This document shows positions 43,201-52,820 of a stretch of DNA of 64,000 nt, one piece after another. Below the pieces are notes generated by a model that was given only the letters and a program-made list of their open reading frames with translations, had not been told where the DNA came from and ran no database searches. Both the position numbers and the translations under genes were made by a program. Source of the stretch: Eutreptiella sp. 'Long Island Sound 2002' (Eukaryota > Protista > Euglenida); assembly GCA_964036045.1 (NCBI GenBank), contig OZ038378.1, positions 178,932,001 to 178,996,000 of the forward strand, written 5' to 3'. Every line of letters starts with the position of its first letter. The stretch's first letter is position 1.

Positions 43201-45644
43201 ACAAGAAAAACTGTGAGATTTCTGTACCACCTGTCATTAACATGATCATGTATGACCCTCAATACATCATTGGCTGAAGATTTACCCCATAAGGCAAATT
43301 GCGTTACTGGTATGACCTGAGACTGACATAGAAGATGAGTAACGTGTTTTTTTATACTGGCCGAAAAGATTTTCCACAAAGTGTGGAAATTGAGAAGAGG
43401 TCTGGCATTTGCGATGGGACCATGAGGTAATTTATTGGGGAGAGCGTAAAAGTCTCCCCAATATATACCGTCCATGTCCCCTCCTGCCAACCATGTGTTG
43501 TAAAGCTGTACCAATTGTAATAACTGCGAATCTGACAAGAAATTCACCATTCGGGCCTCTAACAGGTTTCGAAATGGAGTGGATCGTGGAAACTTTTTGA
43601 GCACTTTGCGTAGAAAACTTACCGTAAGTGTGAGAGGGGGAAACTGAGGGGGATCCCACTGGACCCATTGCAGAATATCATTGCGGTTCATATATAAAGG
43701 GGGTGAAAGATGTCGTTGACGAAATTGATCCAATGCAACCAAACCAATCATGTCTGCATGTGCATTGTGCTGTGATACATATGTAGGCTCAAGTGATGCA
43801 TTGTATGGTTGTCGAAATATTTTTCGGTAAAGGGGTTTTCTAGGTGCTTGCGCACCTGCTGACCCCCCCAAATTGTTGAGGGAAACCCGAATCTTGTTCT
43901 CCAAATGTATCATATCCCATGCTCGCCATATCTGTGATCTATGCTTCTGTAACTGCTGTGCCTGTGTTATATGTAACCACCACTGTGGGTGCTCTGTGAT
44001 GTATGCTTGCATTCTTTGCATAGCCTTTTGCACTAACATGGGGGTTGAATATGCATCACATGGCTGCCCAAATACCTGCGTGGCTGCCTGTAAAATTGCA
44101 TGTGTGAAACTTTGCACCGTGATATCCAATGTGTCTGATGCATGCTGTGTGTATTCTTTATCGAAAACTCTCTGGAAATGAGCCAACTGAGTGGCTGTAA
44201 TTCCCACAGGTATGACATACCTATTGGTAGCATGGGTGCATTCCGGAGGGGGTAATGGGGTCACATCATATATACTCAGAATTAATGGGAAGTGATCAGA
44301 AGGGAACGAACAACGATGAATCACCTGTGTTATAGGAGGTGTGGTGTGTGTGACGGAAACCATGAAGTGATCCAATGCGCCAACATGCCCCTGTGCTGAT
44401 ACCCATGTGGGTCCTGGTGATTGTTTCTTTACTGGATGTATGTTGGTATCTAGAAATGCATCGAGTATGGCTTCTGTGCGGGCGGGGCTGGATATGGGAC
44501 AATCATTATCCCAACCCGGATTCTGATTGAAGTCACCACCTACTACAGTGTACCAGTAGGTAGAAATCAAGAATGGTGCAACCCAGTTCAAGGTTGCTCT
44601 TATTTCGTGTGCCTCTGCTTTAGATTTGAGGTACAAATTGACTACTTGAAAGGGTTTGTCATTGTACAAAAAGCGAACCACAATGGCTCGATGATCTGGG
44701 GAGAAATGTTGCTCTTGCATCTGTATTCCCAACACTCTGCGTAGCAAAATTGCTACTCCCAATGAATTCCGGTCTGTATGCGTGTGAAATGCCATATATA
44801 GAGGATGGAACATGAAATCTGAGGGGAGTTTTCCTATCTCCTGCAACATGACAATGTCTGGGAATTCCATCTCTTTAATCCATACATGTAACTGTTTTGT
44901 CTTGTCTCGGATACTGATCTGAACATTGAATGATATGCATCGGACCGGCGACGTCTCATGAGGATTTTTTTCTTGGGCAATGCAGTGAGGGACTGATACA
45001 ATGTCCATTGTGTGTAACAGGGACTGTCTCAATCTCTGTGGCAATTTTCCGGGTATTTTTAAAATCCTGCGTATGATGCGTGGTTTGAATATTGCCACCA
45101 TGAGAGTACTGGCTGCACCTGTGAGCATTGTATGTGTGATGGAATCCTGTGTGAACCAGTACATAGGCAATATGAGCGAGTGTCCGGTGGGTACACGAAT
45201 TGCAAATTGTGTACTTGTTTTTGTGCATCCTGAGATCTGCATAGCACCTTTCAGCTGAATGTAATAAAGCACATCAGCCCATTGAGTTAACAATGGAGCT
45301 GGCTGGTGTGTGTGCTTGAAATAATGGATGTGTATCAATCCAGCAGGGACTGGCAAAAGAGACAGAAGTTCTGCAGGAACTTCTCGGAAACTTACACACC
45401 GGTTGTTCTGAAACTGAAAACCCCACTGACTGTCAATGGCATTCCCAGTCAGAGGAGACACATACAATATTACTTGCTGTATCGGAAATTCTGACGGAAA
45501 GGGAACTGAATCTGGGGGGCTTTTAAGGTTGCCAGGGGTTTGGCCATCCTTGCTGTTCAGGTGTAGATGGCCAGGCATGGTTATGTACCGGTGCTTGTTG
45601 TGGTGCCCAATGATGCTGTGCATGCTGATGGGGTTGCCAGCCAC
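40275..45644 (-). CDS. LINE ORF2: N-terminal extra domain, APE endonuclease, RT, RNase H, CCHC-like knuckle and C-terminal extension (1789 aa)
   Basis: EN: CISFNV, MLQE, GGDFN, LDHF, SDHFP. RT: ARPL, DDIRHAFGSV, GIAQGCPVS, YMDD. RNase H: FVTDGS, AIEMY, TDSKS, HIYSH, DSVD. Knuckle: CIWC-x7-H-x-C-x2-C. Confidence 0.95.
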   Translation of the reverse strand: MAGNPISMHSIIGHHNKHRYITMPGHLHLNSKDGQTPGNLKSPPDSVPFPSEFPIQQVILYVSPLTGNAIDSQWGFQFQNNRCVSFREVPAELLSLLPVPAGLIHIHYFKHTHQPAPLLTQWADVLYYIQLKGAMQISGCTKTSTQFAIRVPTGHSLILPMYWFTQDSITHTMLTGAASTLMVAIFKPRIIRRILKIPGKLPQRLRQSLLHTMDIVSVPHCIAQEKNPHETSPVRCISFNVQISIRDKTKQLHVWIKEMEFPDIVMLQEIGKLPSDFMFHPLYMAFHTHTDRNSLGVAILLRRVLGIQMQEQHFSPDHRAIVVRFLYNDKPFQVVNLYLKSKAEAHEIRATLNWVAPFLISTYWYTVVGGDFNQNPGWDNDCPISSPARTEAILDAFLDTNIHPVKKQSPGPTWVSAQGHVGALDHFMVSVTHTTPPITQVIHRCSFPSDHFPLILSIYDVTPLPPPECTHATNRYVIPVGITATQLAHFQRVFDKEYTQHASDTLDITVQSFTHAILQAATQVFGQPCDAYSTPMLVQKAMQRMQAYITEHPQWWLHITQAQQLQKHRSQIWRAWDMIHLENKIRVSLNNLGGSAGAQAPRKPLYRKIFRQPYNASLEPTYVSQHNAHADMIGLVALDQFRQRHLSPPLYMNRNDILQWVQWDPPQFPPLTLTVSFLRKVLKKFPRSTPFRNLLEARMVNFLSDSQLLQLVQLYNTWLAGGDMDGIYWGDFYALPNKLPHGPIANARPLLNFHTLWKIFSASIKKHVTHLLCQSQVIPVTQFALWGKSSANDVLRVIHDHVNDRWYRNLTVFLVLDDIRHAFGSVQHPTLEQILRLAGFHERWITIIMGAATKSKIFMGGKKGVKLAITTFRAGIAQGCPVSALIFCLLLELRIAIITHQVPVPISPGGRFLRVTYMDDTTFVLECAKDMQQLLDRQMTAGLYTHLHTSVIKLTGIVASMIGGKVQYHGHDFRAGGSTLQLLDGNEYARLLGRHVLPHIFHRQDCIKLLSACRRASIALRYERLPANYPLIMYSASAGGSQRWIAGVRPPAHATMRLCDFAAASAIRSVANWGQIPSASFMQSLQSGWTGIYPATVTMLHTFVITIMRQAGHLNPLVRKSVTHGIWRAFQNFHPGIPCVPDIFGKMCPSHSTDYDRFLKYTHHMNIRIHVPAYVKQIDEQINMYKCTHDWQAVHMHEWMTAGYKNLPAARKAGWPIPDWMFCLPNVDLLPSVPCPAILPDIKILPKRPFFVTDGSRLSDGRVGGALAICDYDTMEYTVYPIHCPISLDHSFAIEMYVAWVTLLVRKKLGTQDGVWYTKSDTYTDSKSYVTALQSDTEQTVPILRDLLQACKQLSQDYQVPVHIYSHRKGTLLDIILDSVDSCAKETALSQVPSIGWISELQEPQITFSCEGQQFHNWDKYVHTKLTELYCKSHDVEYCAPQPVYDLYANALMNGHIQWNTHIHTVACRQGIWQPNPAQCIWCGMQNTSRHMCEECPYRDVILYLVYSKLAVMIPDVIPSWKHCIPTPWGVWVQRGAATILLHCVYYPGAQADHISLCINPDGRATTDTTHAMEKLGVNESKQQRLLGFILTTLQLLREATSLPLMLQTQDFAALNGAPMTHFVLAHQHRVPKHSWASYPEVWVVWPHAPLLFLLGNRMHFHVYLPKMRLMAHSLTPVTYWFVTDMRDMRKLQHNVPTVWLIDSVEKPVIGTNLQGTIFWSMTFGYPENQRMITCLVVQEQVYSVKRLRALLAAFQQLFALLGLPHKMSTQDYRLKFQPSMDKWVEEPW

Positions 45645-48264
45645 TTGTGATGGGAAGGCGAAAATGCTGTGGATTGGTATCTTTTACCCTCCTGTCTGGT
45701 GATGGGGACCTGGATCTAGAACGAGAGTAATGTTTCTTTCCGTTTTTCTTTCGTTTTGGAGATCGTGATTTCGATCTGGATCGGCTCCGCTTCTTCTTGT
45801 GTGAGTTCTCCTTCTTTTTTGTACTGCTCTCTCTCCGATTTTTGTGGTCATCGGATTGATCCGATTCACTTGAATCATCATTCCCTTTTTTTTGTTTCTT
45901 TTTTCCAGATGAATGGCTGGCTTCTGGCGTAAAATATGAGGCTTGATGAAATCCCCTGGGAACCCATGGGGACCAGGGTTGTTTGGTGGCTTTTTTCCAA
46001 TTGATTCGCCACCCTGAAACGACTGTCATACCTGGTGTATTGGCTTGATCTTTTCCGTCCTCTGAGACTCCTAACATACAGAAAGACCGTGTGCCTTTCA
46101 CTGAGTCATCTGTGATGGAGCACAGGTTTTTGCCGAATACTGGTCTTAATGCAGTGCCCAAAATCCGGGCAGATATATCATGCTCTGGGGGGTCCATCAC
46201 TGCATTCCATGCCACAAGGATACATATAGGAAATTTTGCAGGGTCTGATGACCTGGATTGAGATGTCTGTGCTGCTTGTTGATTTCTGTGTTCTGCCTGC
46301 TTGACAATGGTATGACCCGTCGAGATCGGGTCTTGGGGGGTTTCCTGCTCTGCCTGTGTGAAGAAATCTTTGATAACATGATCCAATTTGGGATGTGTAG
46401 TATGCATGTTGAGAGTGTTCCATTGCTCATGTAGATCCGTAGGTGAGAGGTTACGAATCTCTGGTATGTTCAGGCTGACCGTCATGTGGAGCTTTTTGGC
46501 AAAGCCACTGATTTTCTCTATAGGCTGGTGATTGATCCATTTCAATAGTTTGTGCATAGGCGGTGAACCTGGAATCTGTGTTTTTACTGTAGGAACTGGT
46601 GTTTTATCTTGAGCTGACTGAGGTGTGTGGTGTGTGGGTGACTCTCCTACTGGATCAGTATCATTCAAATACTTCAGTAAGTTTACTGTAGTGGGCCTGT
46701 GCTCTGGTATGAGTGCTGTGATAATGGGAAGCAAGTCCTGCCTGATACCTGTGACTGCTAAAAAAGTTGAGACAAGAGGAACAGAAGCCATATATTTGGT
46801 ATGGAGTGGGGGGAGACACGTGAAATTTTCGGGAGAAGACTCTTTCAAGAGGTCCACCAGACTTGGGGACGGTGGGCCTTCCCACTCACTTGCTTTCTGT
46901 CTGATTCTGACCAACATGGCGAATGCATTTGCGAAGTTCTCTGTGAGCTGTGGAAGCGTTAGTTCAGCTGTTTCGGATCTGTCTCTCATTTCTTGAAGCT
47001 CTGCTTGTAGAATCTTGATAGTGCTCTGCAATTCTTCGATCTGTTTGTTTTGCAATTTTATCGTGTTCTCTGCTTGCCGATGTTGCGTCTTGATATGATC
47101 CAGGTCCGCCTTGGTTGTTTCCAATCTTTGAGCATTCATACGCTGTGTGAAATGCTCCGGAATGAGAGGTTCTTCCTCTTTCTGCGAAAAACCATCATCC
47201 AATGCCTGCAATAGGTCTGCACTCGTTCTGCTTGTTTTCTTCATGTCCAGCAAATTGGGGCTGTTTAGCAAGTTGATATAGTTGTCCTTTGGCTTGAGCA
47301 ATGCTGCAGTAGGAGCAGTAATCCATGAAGGTTTTTCCCCAGGCCAGGCTTCTTCAAAAACCGCTTCTGTTGCCACTTCCAAGATGGATTGGCGAATGAT
47401 ATCTTGAGCTTTGTTCTGGTTCATCGCTTGTACGATTCCCTTGTTTCTGAGTGCATTTTGCTTGTGCGGAGGAGCCAATTTATCACTTGCCCATGCCAAC
47501 AGATGATGATAAATTTGCAGATAATCCGATCGTGTGACAGTGGCAGTGCCTGTGAATGGTACAGTGTCTGGTAATCGGAACAGTTGTTCCTGAATACACT
47601 GTAGCCCAGACTTTTGTAATTCTCCCCATATTGTCTTGAGATGTACAGGAAGAGACTGTTCCATTGGTGTCAGCACAATGTTCTTGAAGAGTGTAGTATT
47701 CACCTTCTTGTATTCTTGTCCCTTAATCTGCAGGAGCTTGCCAAATGTATCCTTGATCTCACTGTTCTCGATCTTTCGATACGTTTGATCCCACATCTTG
47801 ACAATATTTTTAATTGATGGTAGCTGCACTTGTATGTGTGCCAAAAGAGCTAGAGAGCGGGCTAGAGCGATTGGTATGTGTTCCACTTGCTGCTTCTTCT
47901 TTTCTTGCATGACTTCAGATGTCACAGTGATCAGGTATCCTTGTGGGGCCAATAGTACATTTATGCTGGAGACATAACTGATCTTGCCGACTATGGTAAT
48001 CCATCTGAGAGCATCACAGAGAGCTTGTACTTGTATTCCAGGCGCGAATGCAGCTGGTAAAGCACTTTCAGCTTCCTTGTACACATGAGCAGGAATGAGA
48101 TCAATGTACTCTGTGAGAAGTCTCTGTAACTCTGGGTCTGATGAGTCTGCAAGCAGCTGCAACAAAGAAGCTTGATAGGGGACATGTTCCATGTCTGTAC
48201 ACGGGACATGTAGGAAGTGATGTACTGAGGGAAATTTGTTCACTGATGAACCTGATTGACACAT
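45523..48264 (-). CDS. LINE ORF1 (up to 913 aa): helical N-terminus, coiled coil, possible RRM-like domain, RS-rich region, Q/P/W tail
   Basis: Uninterrupted ORF overlapping ORF2 by 122 nt. Homologous to pieces of the decayed LINE at 30.8-33 kb. Heptad-like run LETTKADLDHIKTQ...LQAELQEM. RS region KKRSRSRSKSRSP...SRSRSRSPSP. Confidence 0.88.
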   Translation of the reverse strand: MCQSGSSVNKFPSVHHFLHVPCTDMEHVPYQASLLQLLADSSDPELQRLLTEYIDLIPAHVYKEAESALPAAFAPGIQVQALCDALRWITIVGKISYVSSINVLLAPQGYLITVTSEVMQEKKKQQVEHIPIALARSLALLAHIQVQLPSIKNIVKMWDQTYRKIENSEIKDTFGKLLQIKGQEYKKVNTTLFKNIVLTPMEQSLPVHLKTIWGELQKSGLQCIQEQLFRLPDTVPFTGTATVTRSDYLQIYHHLLAWASDKLAPPHKQNALRNKGIVQAMNQNKAQDIIRQSILEVATEAVFEEAWPGEKPSWITAPTAALLKPKDNYINLLNSPNLLDMKKTSRTSADLLQALDDGFSQKEEEPLIPEHFTQRMNAQRLETTKADLDHIKTQHRQAENTIKLQNKQIEELQSTIKILQAELQEMRDRSETAELTLPQLTENFANAFAMLVRIRQKASEWEGPPSPSLVDLLKESSPENFTCLPPLHTKYMASVPLVSTFLAVTGIRQDLLPIITALIPEHRPTTVNLLKYLNDTDPVGESPTHHTPQSAQDKTPVPTVKTQIPGSPPMHKLLKWINHQPIEKISGFAKKLHMTVSLNIPEIRNLSPTDLHEQWNTLNMHTTHPKLDHVIKDFFTQAEQETPQDPISTGHTIVKQAEHRNQQAAQTSQSRSSDPAKFPICILVAWNAVMDPPEHDISARILGTALRPVFGKNLCSITDDSVKGTRSFCMLGVSEDGKDQANTPGMTVVSGWRINWKKATKQPWSPWVPRGFHQASYFTPEASHSSGKKKQKKGNDDSSESDQSDDHKNRRESSTKKKENSHKKKRSRSRSKSRSPKRKKNGKKHYSRSRSRSPSPDRRVKDTNPQHFRLPITSGWQPHQHAQHHWAPQQAPVHNHAWPSTPEQQGWPNPWQP

Positions 48265-48561
48265 GACAATATATGTGTATCATATATTGTATAGCTTGTT
48301 GAAGAGTAAGGAAAGGGAAACACTGGCCGCATGGGGTATGTTCTGATGAACACAGAGCCACTCTGGCTATTCTATGATAGTGAAACTGACCGCACGGGTT
48401 GCACTGTGTGCCTTTCCGCTCTGGTCTGTGATCCTAATAACTAATGATTGTGCATGCCAGGTTTCAGGAAACACAGCAACATTAGTTAAAAATACCCTAT
48501 TTTTTCCTGTAGCCTGATTGTGTCGTTTATCCCCGGGAGGCCTGGTACATGTCTCACGTGG

Positions 48562-48635
48562 AGTACTACAACGGGACTCGAACTGGCGTCGCTGGTGGTT
48601 AAAGACGACGAATATAACCACTCTACTATTGGACG
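48562..48635 (-). pseudogene. tRNA-Glu-like derived sequence (A/B boxes), same orientation as the LINE
   Basis: Minus strand reads TAGTAGAGTGGTTATATTCGTCGTCTTTAACCACCAGCGACGCCAGTTCGAGTCCCG, resembling tRNA-Glu (GTGGTTAGGATTCGGCGCTTTCACC...GGTTCGATTCCCGG). The anticodon arm is degenerate. Confidence 0.55.
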
Positions 48636-49063
48636 AGTTCAGTGATACTAGCTGTCTGACTTCTGATCTGGCTCTAAGTCTGGTATCTCCAATCGTCTAC
48701 ATTATTACTCACTACGCTGTCGGTTGCCACGTGCTTCAGCGGGAAGACGCTGGAGCTCCACTCGCGGGATCCTGGTTCGATTCCCGGCCACCACGAGCAG
48801 TTTCCGCCGCTCGTGGTGGCTCACGGACGGGTGGTGTGGCAACCTCCCGCCACCTGTGGGCGGTGGCGGGGCGCACTGCTGCAGGCAGTGGGCAGGCATT
48901 TTTTTCTCCTGATCATGACCAAAAAAGGGGGTTTGTCAAAAGAGAAGCTAAAAGAGAAGCTAAAAGAGAAGCAACATCCCAAAGTGGCTCCGGTCACTCA
49001 TGTCTGTACCAAAACGGGAGACGTCGCGGCCTTCTATCAGTTGTGGGCGGTGGCTGGGCGCAC

Positions 49064-49133
49064 TGCAGTCAGTGGGAGTCGAACCGACGATCTTTCTGTT
49101 GACGAGTCTATGTTGTACCACTAGGCCGCTCCG
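49064..49133 (-). pseudogene. tRNA-derived (SINE-like) fragment
   Basis: Minus strand reads GCGGCCTAGTGGTA...GGTTCGACTCCC at tRNA spacing; the stems are imperfect. Confidence 0.5.
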
Positions 49134-49529
49134 TCTCCATGCCGTAGTCACGCATACCGGTTGCACTCGGATCTTGCAGAAAAAGGAAACTAAGCTATCA
49201 AGTCGCACCCAGGGCTCAGTGCCGCAGAGCATCCATAGGCACCGGCGCCAGCTTTACTTTGGGGGTAGTGTACACTCCCCAGGGATCATGCACACGGGCT
49301 TGGCGGTTCCACTGTACACAATATTATCAATATCTCTAAGGGGTCTTGTGTGTTTAGAATCTGCTGGTCCCCCCTTATTGACATTGGTAATAGTGGACCC
49401 GTGCTCCCTGCTTCGTACTGCCATCTGTTGAGTGTCTTGTCTCTCCCCTTTTCCGGTCTGTTGGCGCAGTTCTGAGCACTGTCGGGCCCTCACACCACGT
49501 CAAGGTCACCGGCCCTAGGGTCTGAGTAG

Positions 49530-49745
49530 GGCGTGAGGGACGGGTTGGGGGGGGGGGGCTGTCGTACCAATCCCTTGGAAACCCCCCCCCCACACCCAAT
49601 CCCCGTAAAAAACGGATCAATGCTGCCTAAAACAATGCAGCTTGGATGGCCATTGTAAATGGGCACATGATCAAAAAGATAAATTTCGGAAACTTCGATT
49701 TTTGAGCGTTCCAACGCGAAAAAAACAAGTCGATTCTCAACAGAA
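49530..49745 (-). repeat. Solitary diverged, inverted copy of the 190-bp satellite unit
   Basis: gcagcttggatggcc and aaacttcgatttttgagc are reverse complements of satellite motifs. Confidence 0.7.
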
Positions 49746-49934
49746 AAGCATGCTGTCACCCTAAGAAGGTGACACCGCAGTATGTAATCCCACGGTGTAA
49801 CCACACCCTTGGGTGAAGAAATGTGTTCACACCTGTCGTATGTGGTTCATGCATGGTCCATGTAGAGACGTATAAGCAAAGAAACGGATGCGCACTCACC
49901 GCGATACTAGGCGATAGACATGCACGCAGCATAC

Positions 49935-52820
49935 TTCTCATTCAAAAGCCCCAAATTGTAATCTGCGAAAGACGAACAAACAGGGAGAGGTCTCGCTGGC
50001 TCAACAGAAGATTTTCTTCTTGGAAGCAGTCAACTGGAAAGCGAGGTTAATGCCCATGAACTGTGACTTGTGTTTGTGGTGGCTTTCGATTTCGCAACTG
50101 TTGAGAGAGAGGGGGGGGGTTTCTGCTCGTTCTTGTGCTCTTTGCTAGCTCCTGAAATAGTGCTTCATTTGAATGGGGCTTGCGTCTAAGGGGGTGTTCT
50201 CCTTTTGCCCTTGTGATATTGTGGTGTTCCCAATTCCTTCGCGCACTTCCACAAACTTCCGCAGTCTGCAACTGGGGTTGTTGGTGAGGCAAGTGTCAAT
50301 TGCAGACACGGTTCCACGTCTCGGGGTGCGGGAGTCTCCTGCATGCATTCCCGTGCCAGGGCTACTTCTGGTAGCTCCGAGTGGCCACTCGTGCTAAGCC
50401 AAGGCTTTTGAAGGCACCCGGTCATGTGGGCCCGGTTGCAAACGTCTACGCGCGAATTGGTGTTCTGAAATTTGGTTGCCCTCGGACCCATGCGGCACGT
50501 TGTTACAAGGTGCCCCTTCACTCAACGTGGGGCACAATGGATTAACCCCCAAACAAGCCCCCCTTATTTGGTTTTTGCCAAAAGCAATTGCTATCGGCAC
50601 CGAACAAGGCATCGTTGTCTCGTCTCACGATACCTGCAATGCCCAAGAACTACCGATTCGGTACACGGCACCGTGACATGGTCGACACGATACGAATACG
50701 TGCGACACGAGTATCTCACTTTGGGAACGGATGACATCAAACTTTTCTGCAGGGGGGGGGCAAACGCCTTGAATTGTGCATTTGAGGCCGTTTGCTTCGA
50801 GCCGATCCCACTGAGCCCCACGAATTCATGAGTGCTAACATGTGCACGGGCCACAACCTTCGCGATAATCAACGAACAACTTCTTCAACTCCATTTGCCC
50901 ATGTTGCTCCGGATTCACTTCTTTGATGTCTCGAAGCCAAGCGAAGAATTCCTCAAAAATGCAAAACGGGAATGTCGATTCTTGCACGCAACGTAGATTG
51001 GTGCTTTGTTCGTTGCGATGATTGGGGATCACAACAACACGACGATGCGAGGAACCAATGAAAAGTGACGCAATCACAAACCTCCTGCTTCTTCCAAATA
51101 TCCGTGTCCCTGGGAAACAGATGACGGAGCGATTTTCTCGGTAAACAATCAATCACACAGCCACCGCTTGGTGAGGCATACCAACAGCTACTACTTGCAC
51201 GCTTTGATGTGGCATTCGAGGGTCAATATTCGGGGTCAGTAGCTCCGAGTCTACAAACTTCACTTTCATCGGTCCACGGCACATGCATACCTAATCACCC
51301 CGTACTTGCCAAAACTGTACCCCAAACTGTCTTTGTCCTTACCCTCATCATCCTGATAGCAAAGATTCACACAAGTAGCCATTCGAAAAAGGCACAAACA
51401 AGCGACGATGAGGAATGGCATCCTTCACGGATTCTATGTCGACGTGAACGCTAACATAGGCTTCATGTGGCATTGTTTCACGTTGCACTTTCTATCACCG
51501 AAAGTGTGACGCTTCTTGGTTATCACTTCACCACATGTTGAAAACTCTTGCGTGTTGATATCACACACGCTATGGCCGTACATTGGATAAACTATCGAGA
51601 GAGACCGTGGATCAAATCAAAAAGCTACATTGCAACACGGCCCCAACCCGAGCACTTAGAGGACCACAGCGGACCACACTCCCTCACACGTATTTCCACC
51701 CCCCCCCCGGGCGTTTCGTTTGAACTCATGGCTAAGGGCAATCGAATCATGCACGCACGGACACACACCTGTGGCTTTTCCTTTTTCTTCTTCTTCTCTT
51801 TCTTGTCCTTCTTGTCCTTCTTGTCCTTCTTGTCCTTCTTGTCCTTCTTGTGCTTTTTGCGCTTCTTCTTTTTACTCTTCTTTTTGCTCTTCTTCTTCTT
51901 CTTTTTACGTTTCTTAGCACTTGAGCTACTCGAACTGCTCGCGCTACGACAAGGACGAAAACGCTCGCACCACCGGAAGGCCACCTCAAGCACCAAAAAG
52001 ACCAACCGTTTGGGGGCTTAGGGTCACTTGTTGCAATGAGCAGCGTGGCCAATATGACATTTACGCGGCCCGCCGACGGAATGGTGCCTTGGCGATCGCC
52101 TTACCGCATGGAGGATTCCGAGGCCTCGGGGTCAGTGACTTTGATTGATAGCGCTACCCAAAAGGGCAAACTCCAAAATGCAACTGTGTCATTAAGGCAG
52201 TGAAGGTAGTTGAGAAGGCGCGAAGAAAAATGTCGTAGTTTGTAGCATTGCTGAACACGCGGTCGTAAGGTGTCCGATTCTCACACGAGCTCGTGGTTGG
52301 GTGGGACACGACGCGAACTGCGATGTATCACAAAATTCTGGTGGTTTCGGGCACGATGCACGAGTGGGGAAATGTAGTTGTACGCATAAGATGATCGATA
52401 CCTCGGACGGAACAACAAACACCGACAAATGTTGGACTCAAACATACGAAGAAGAGGAGTCATCCTTGCTACTTTCGCTCTCTTCGCTACTCGATTCGTC
52501 GCTGCTGGTATCACTACTCTCACTCACACTTTCATGGCCATCTTTGCTTAACTTGCGCCGCTTGGCGTCGTTCCCCTAGGAAGAGGGCGTTCGAAAAGGC
52601 ACATGTACCTCCATATCCACCCCCTTCAAGAATACCCTCCACAGTGGCGTGCAATGCCATGGCCTTGTTCTCTCGATTGTTTCATCCCCAATTGACACAC
52701 GACTTGGAGTTTCATTTTTGTGGATGACATCATGACGACAACCCCACATTGCGCATTTCTTCGTACCTTGTCATCACCGTCCTGGTCGTCAACATCGTCT
52801 CTCTTCCTCTTTGTTTCCAT
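49935..52820 (-). CDS. Conserved uncharacterised Lys/Ser/Asp-rich protein, at least 7 exons, 3' end not resolved
   Basis: Exons 52820-52767, 52575-52448, 51943-51769, 51352-51291, 51109-51082, 50951-50858 and 49962-49935 are all GT-AG with consistent phases. They yield METKRKRDD..., (KKD)n, then FGKYGVIRDTDIWKKQEEFFAWLRDIKEVN...FVDYREDYNLGLLNEK. This resembles a conserved plant/fungal/protist motif (GKYG-I-E-D-W-K--EF-AWL...EDYNTAT-P-KYY) that I recall from memory. Confidence 0.78.

Larger units (their letters stand above)
39836..48635 (-). mobile_element. Apparently intact two-ORF non-LTR retrotransposon (APE-RT-RNaseH) with a (CCT)n 3' tail; 5' boundary uncertain
   Basis: Two long uninterrupted ORFs. 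(GGA)n at 39836-39860 is the minus-strand (TCC)n tail. A tRNA-like sequence lies at 48562-48635. Confidence 0.88.

Noticed and set aside
39820-48700. Target-site duplication for the intact LINE
   Set aside because: The sequence outside the GGA tail was not found repeated near the candidate 5' ends.
7290-49133. Functional tRNA genes at 7290, 10010, 48562, 48760 and 49064
   Set aside because: A/B boxes are present, but the acceptor and anticodon stems do not close properly, so I treat them as tRNA-derived repeats.
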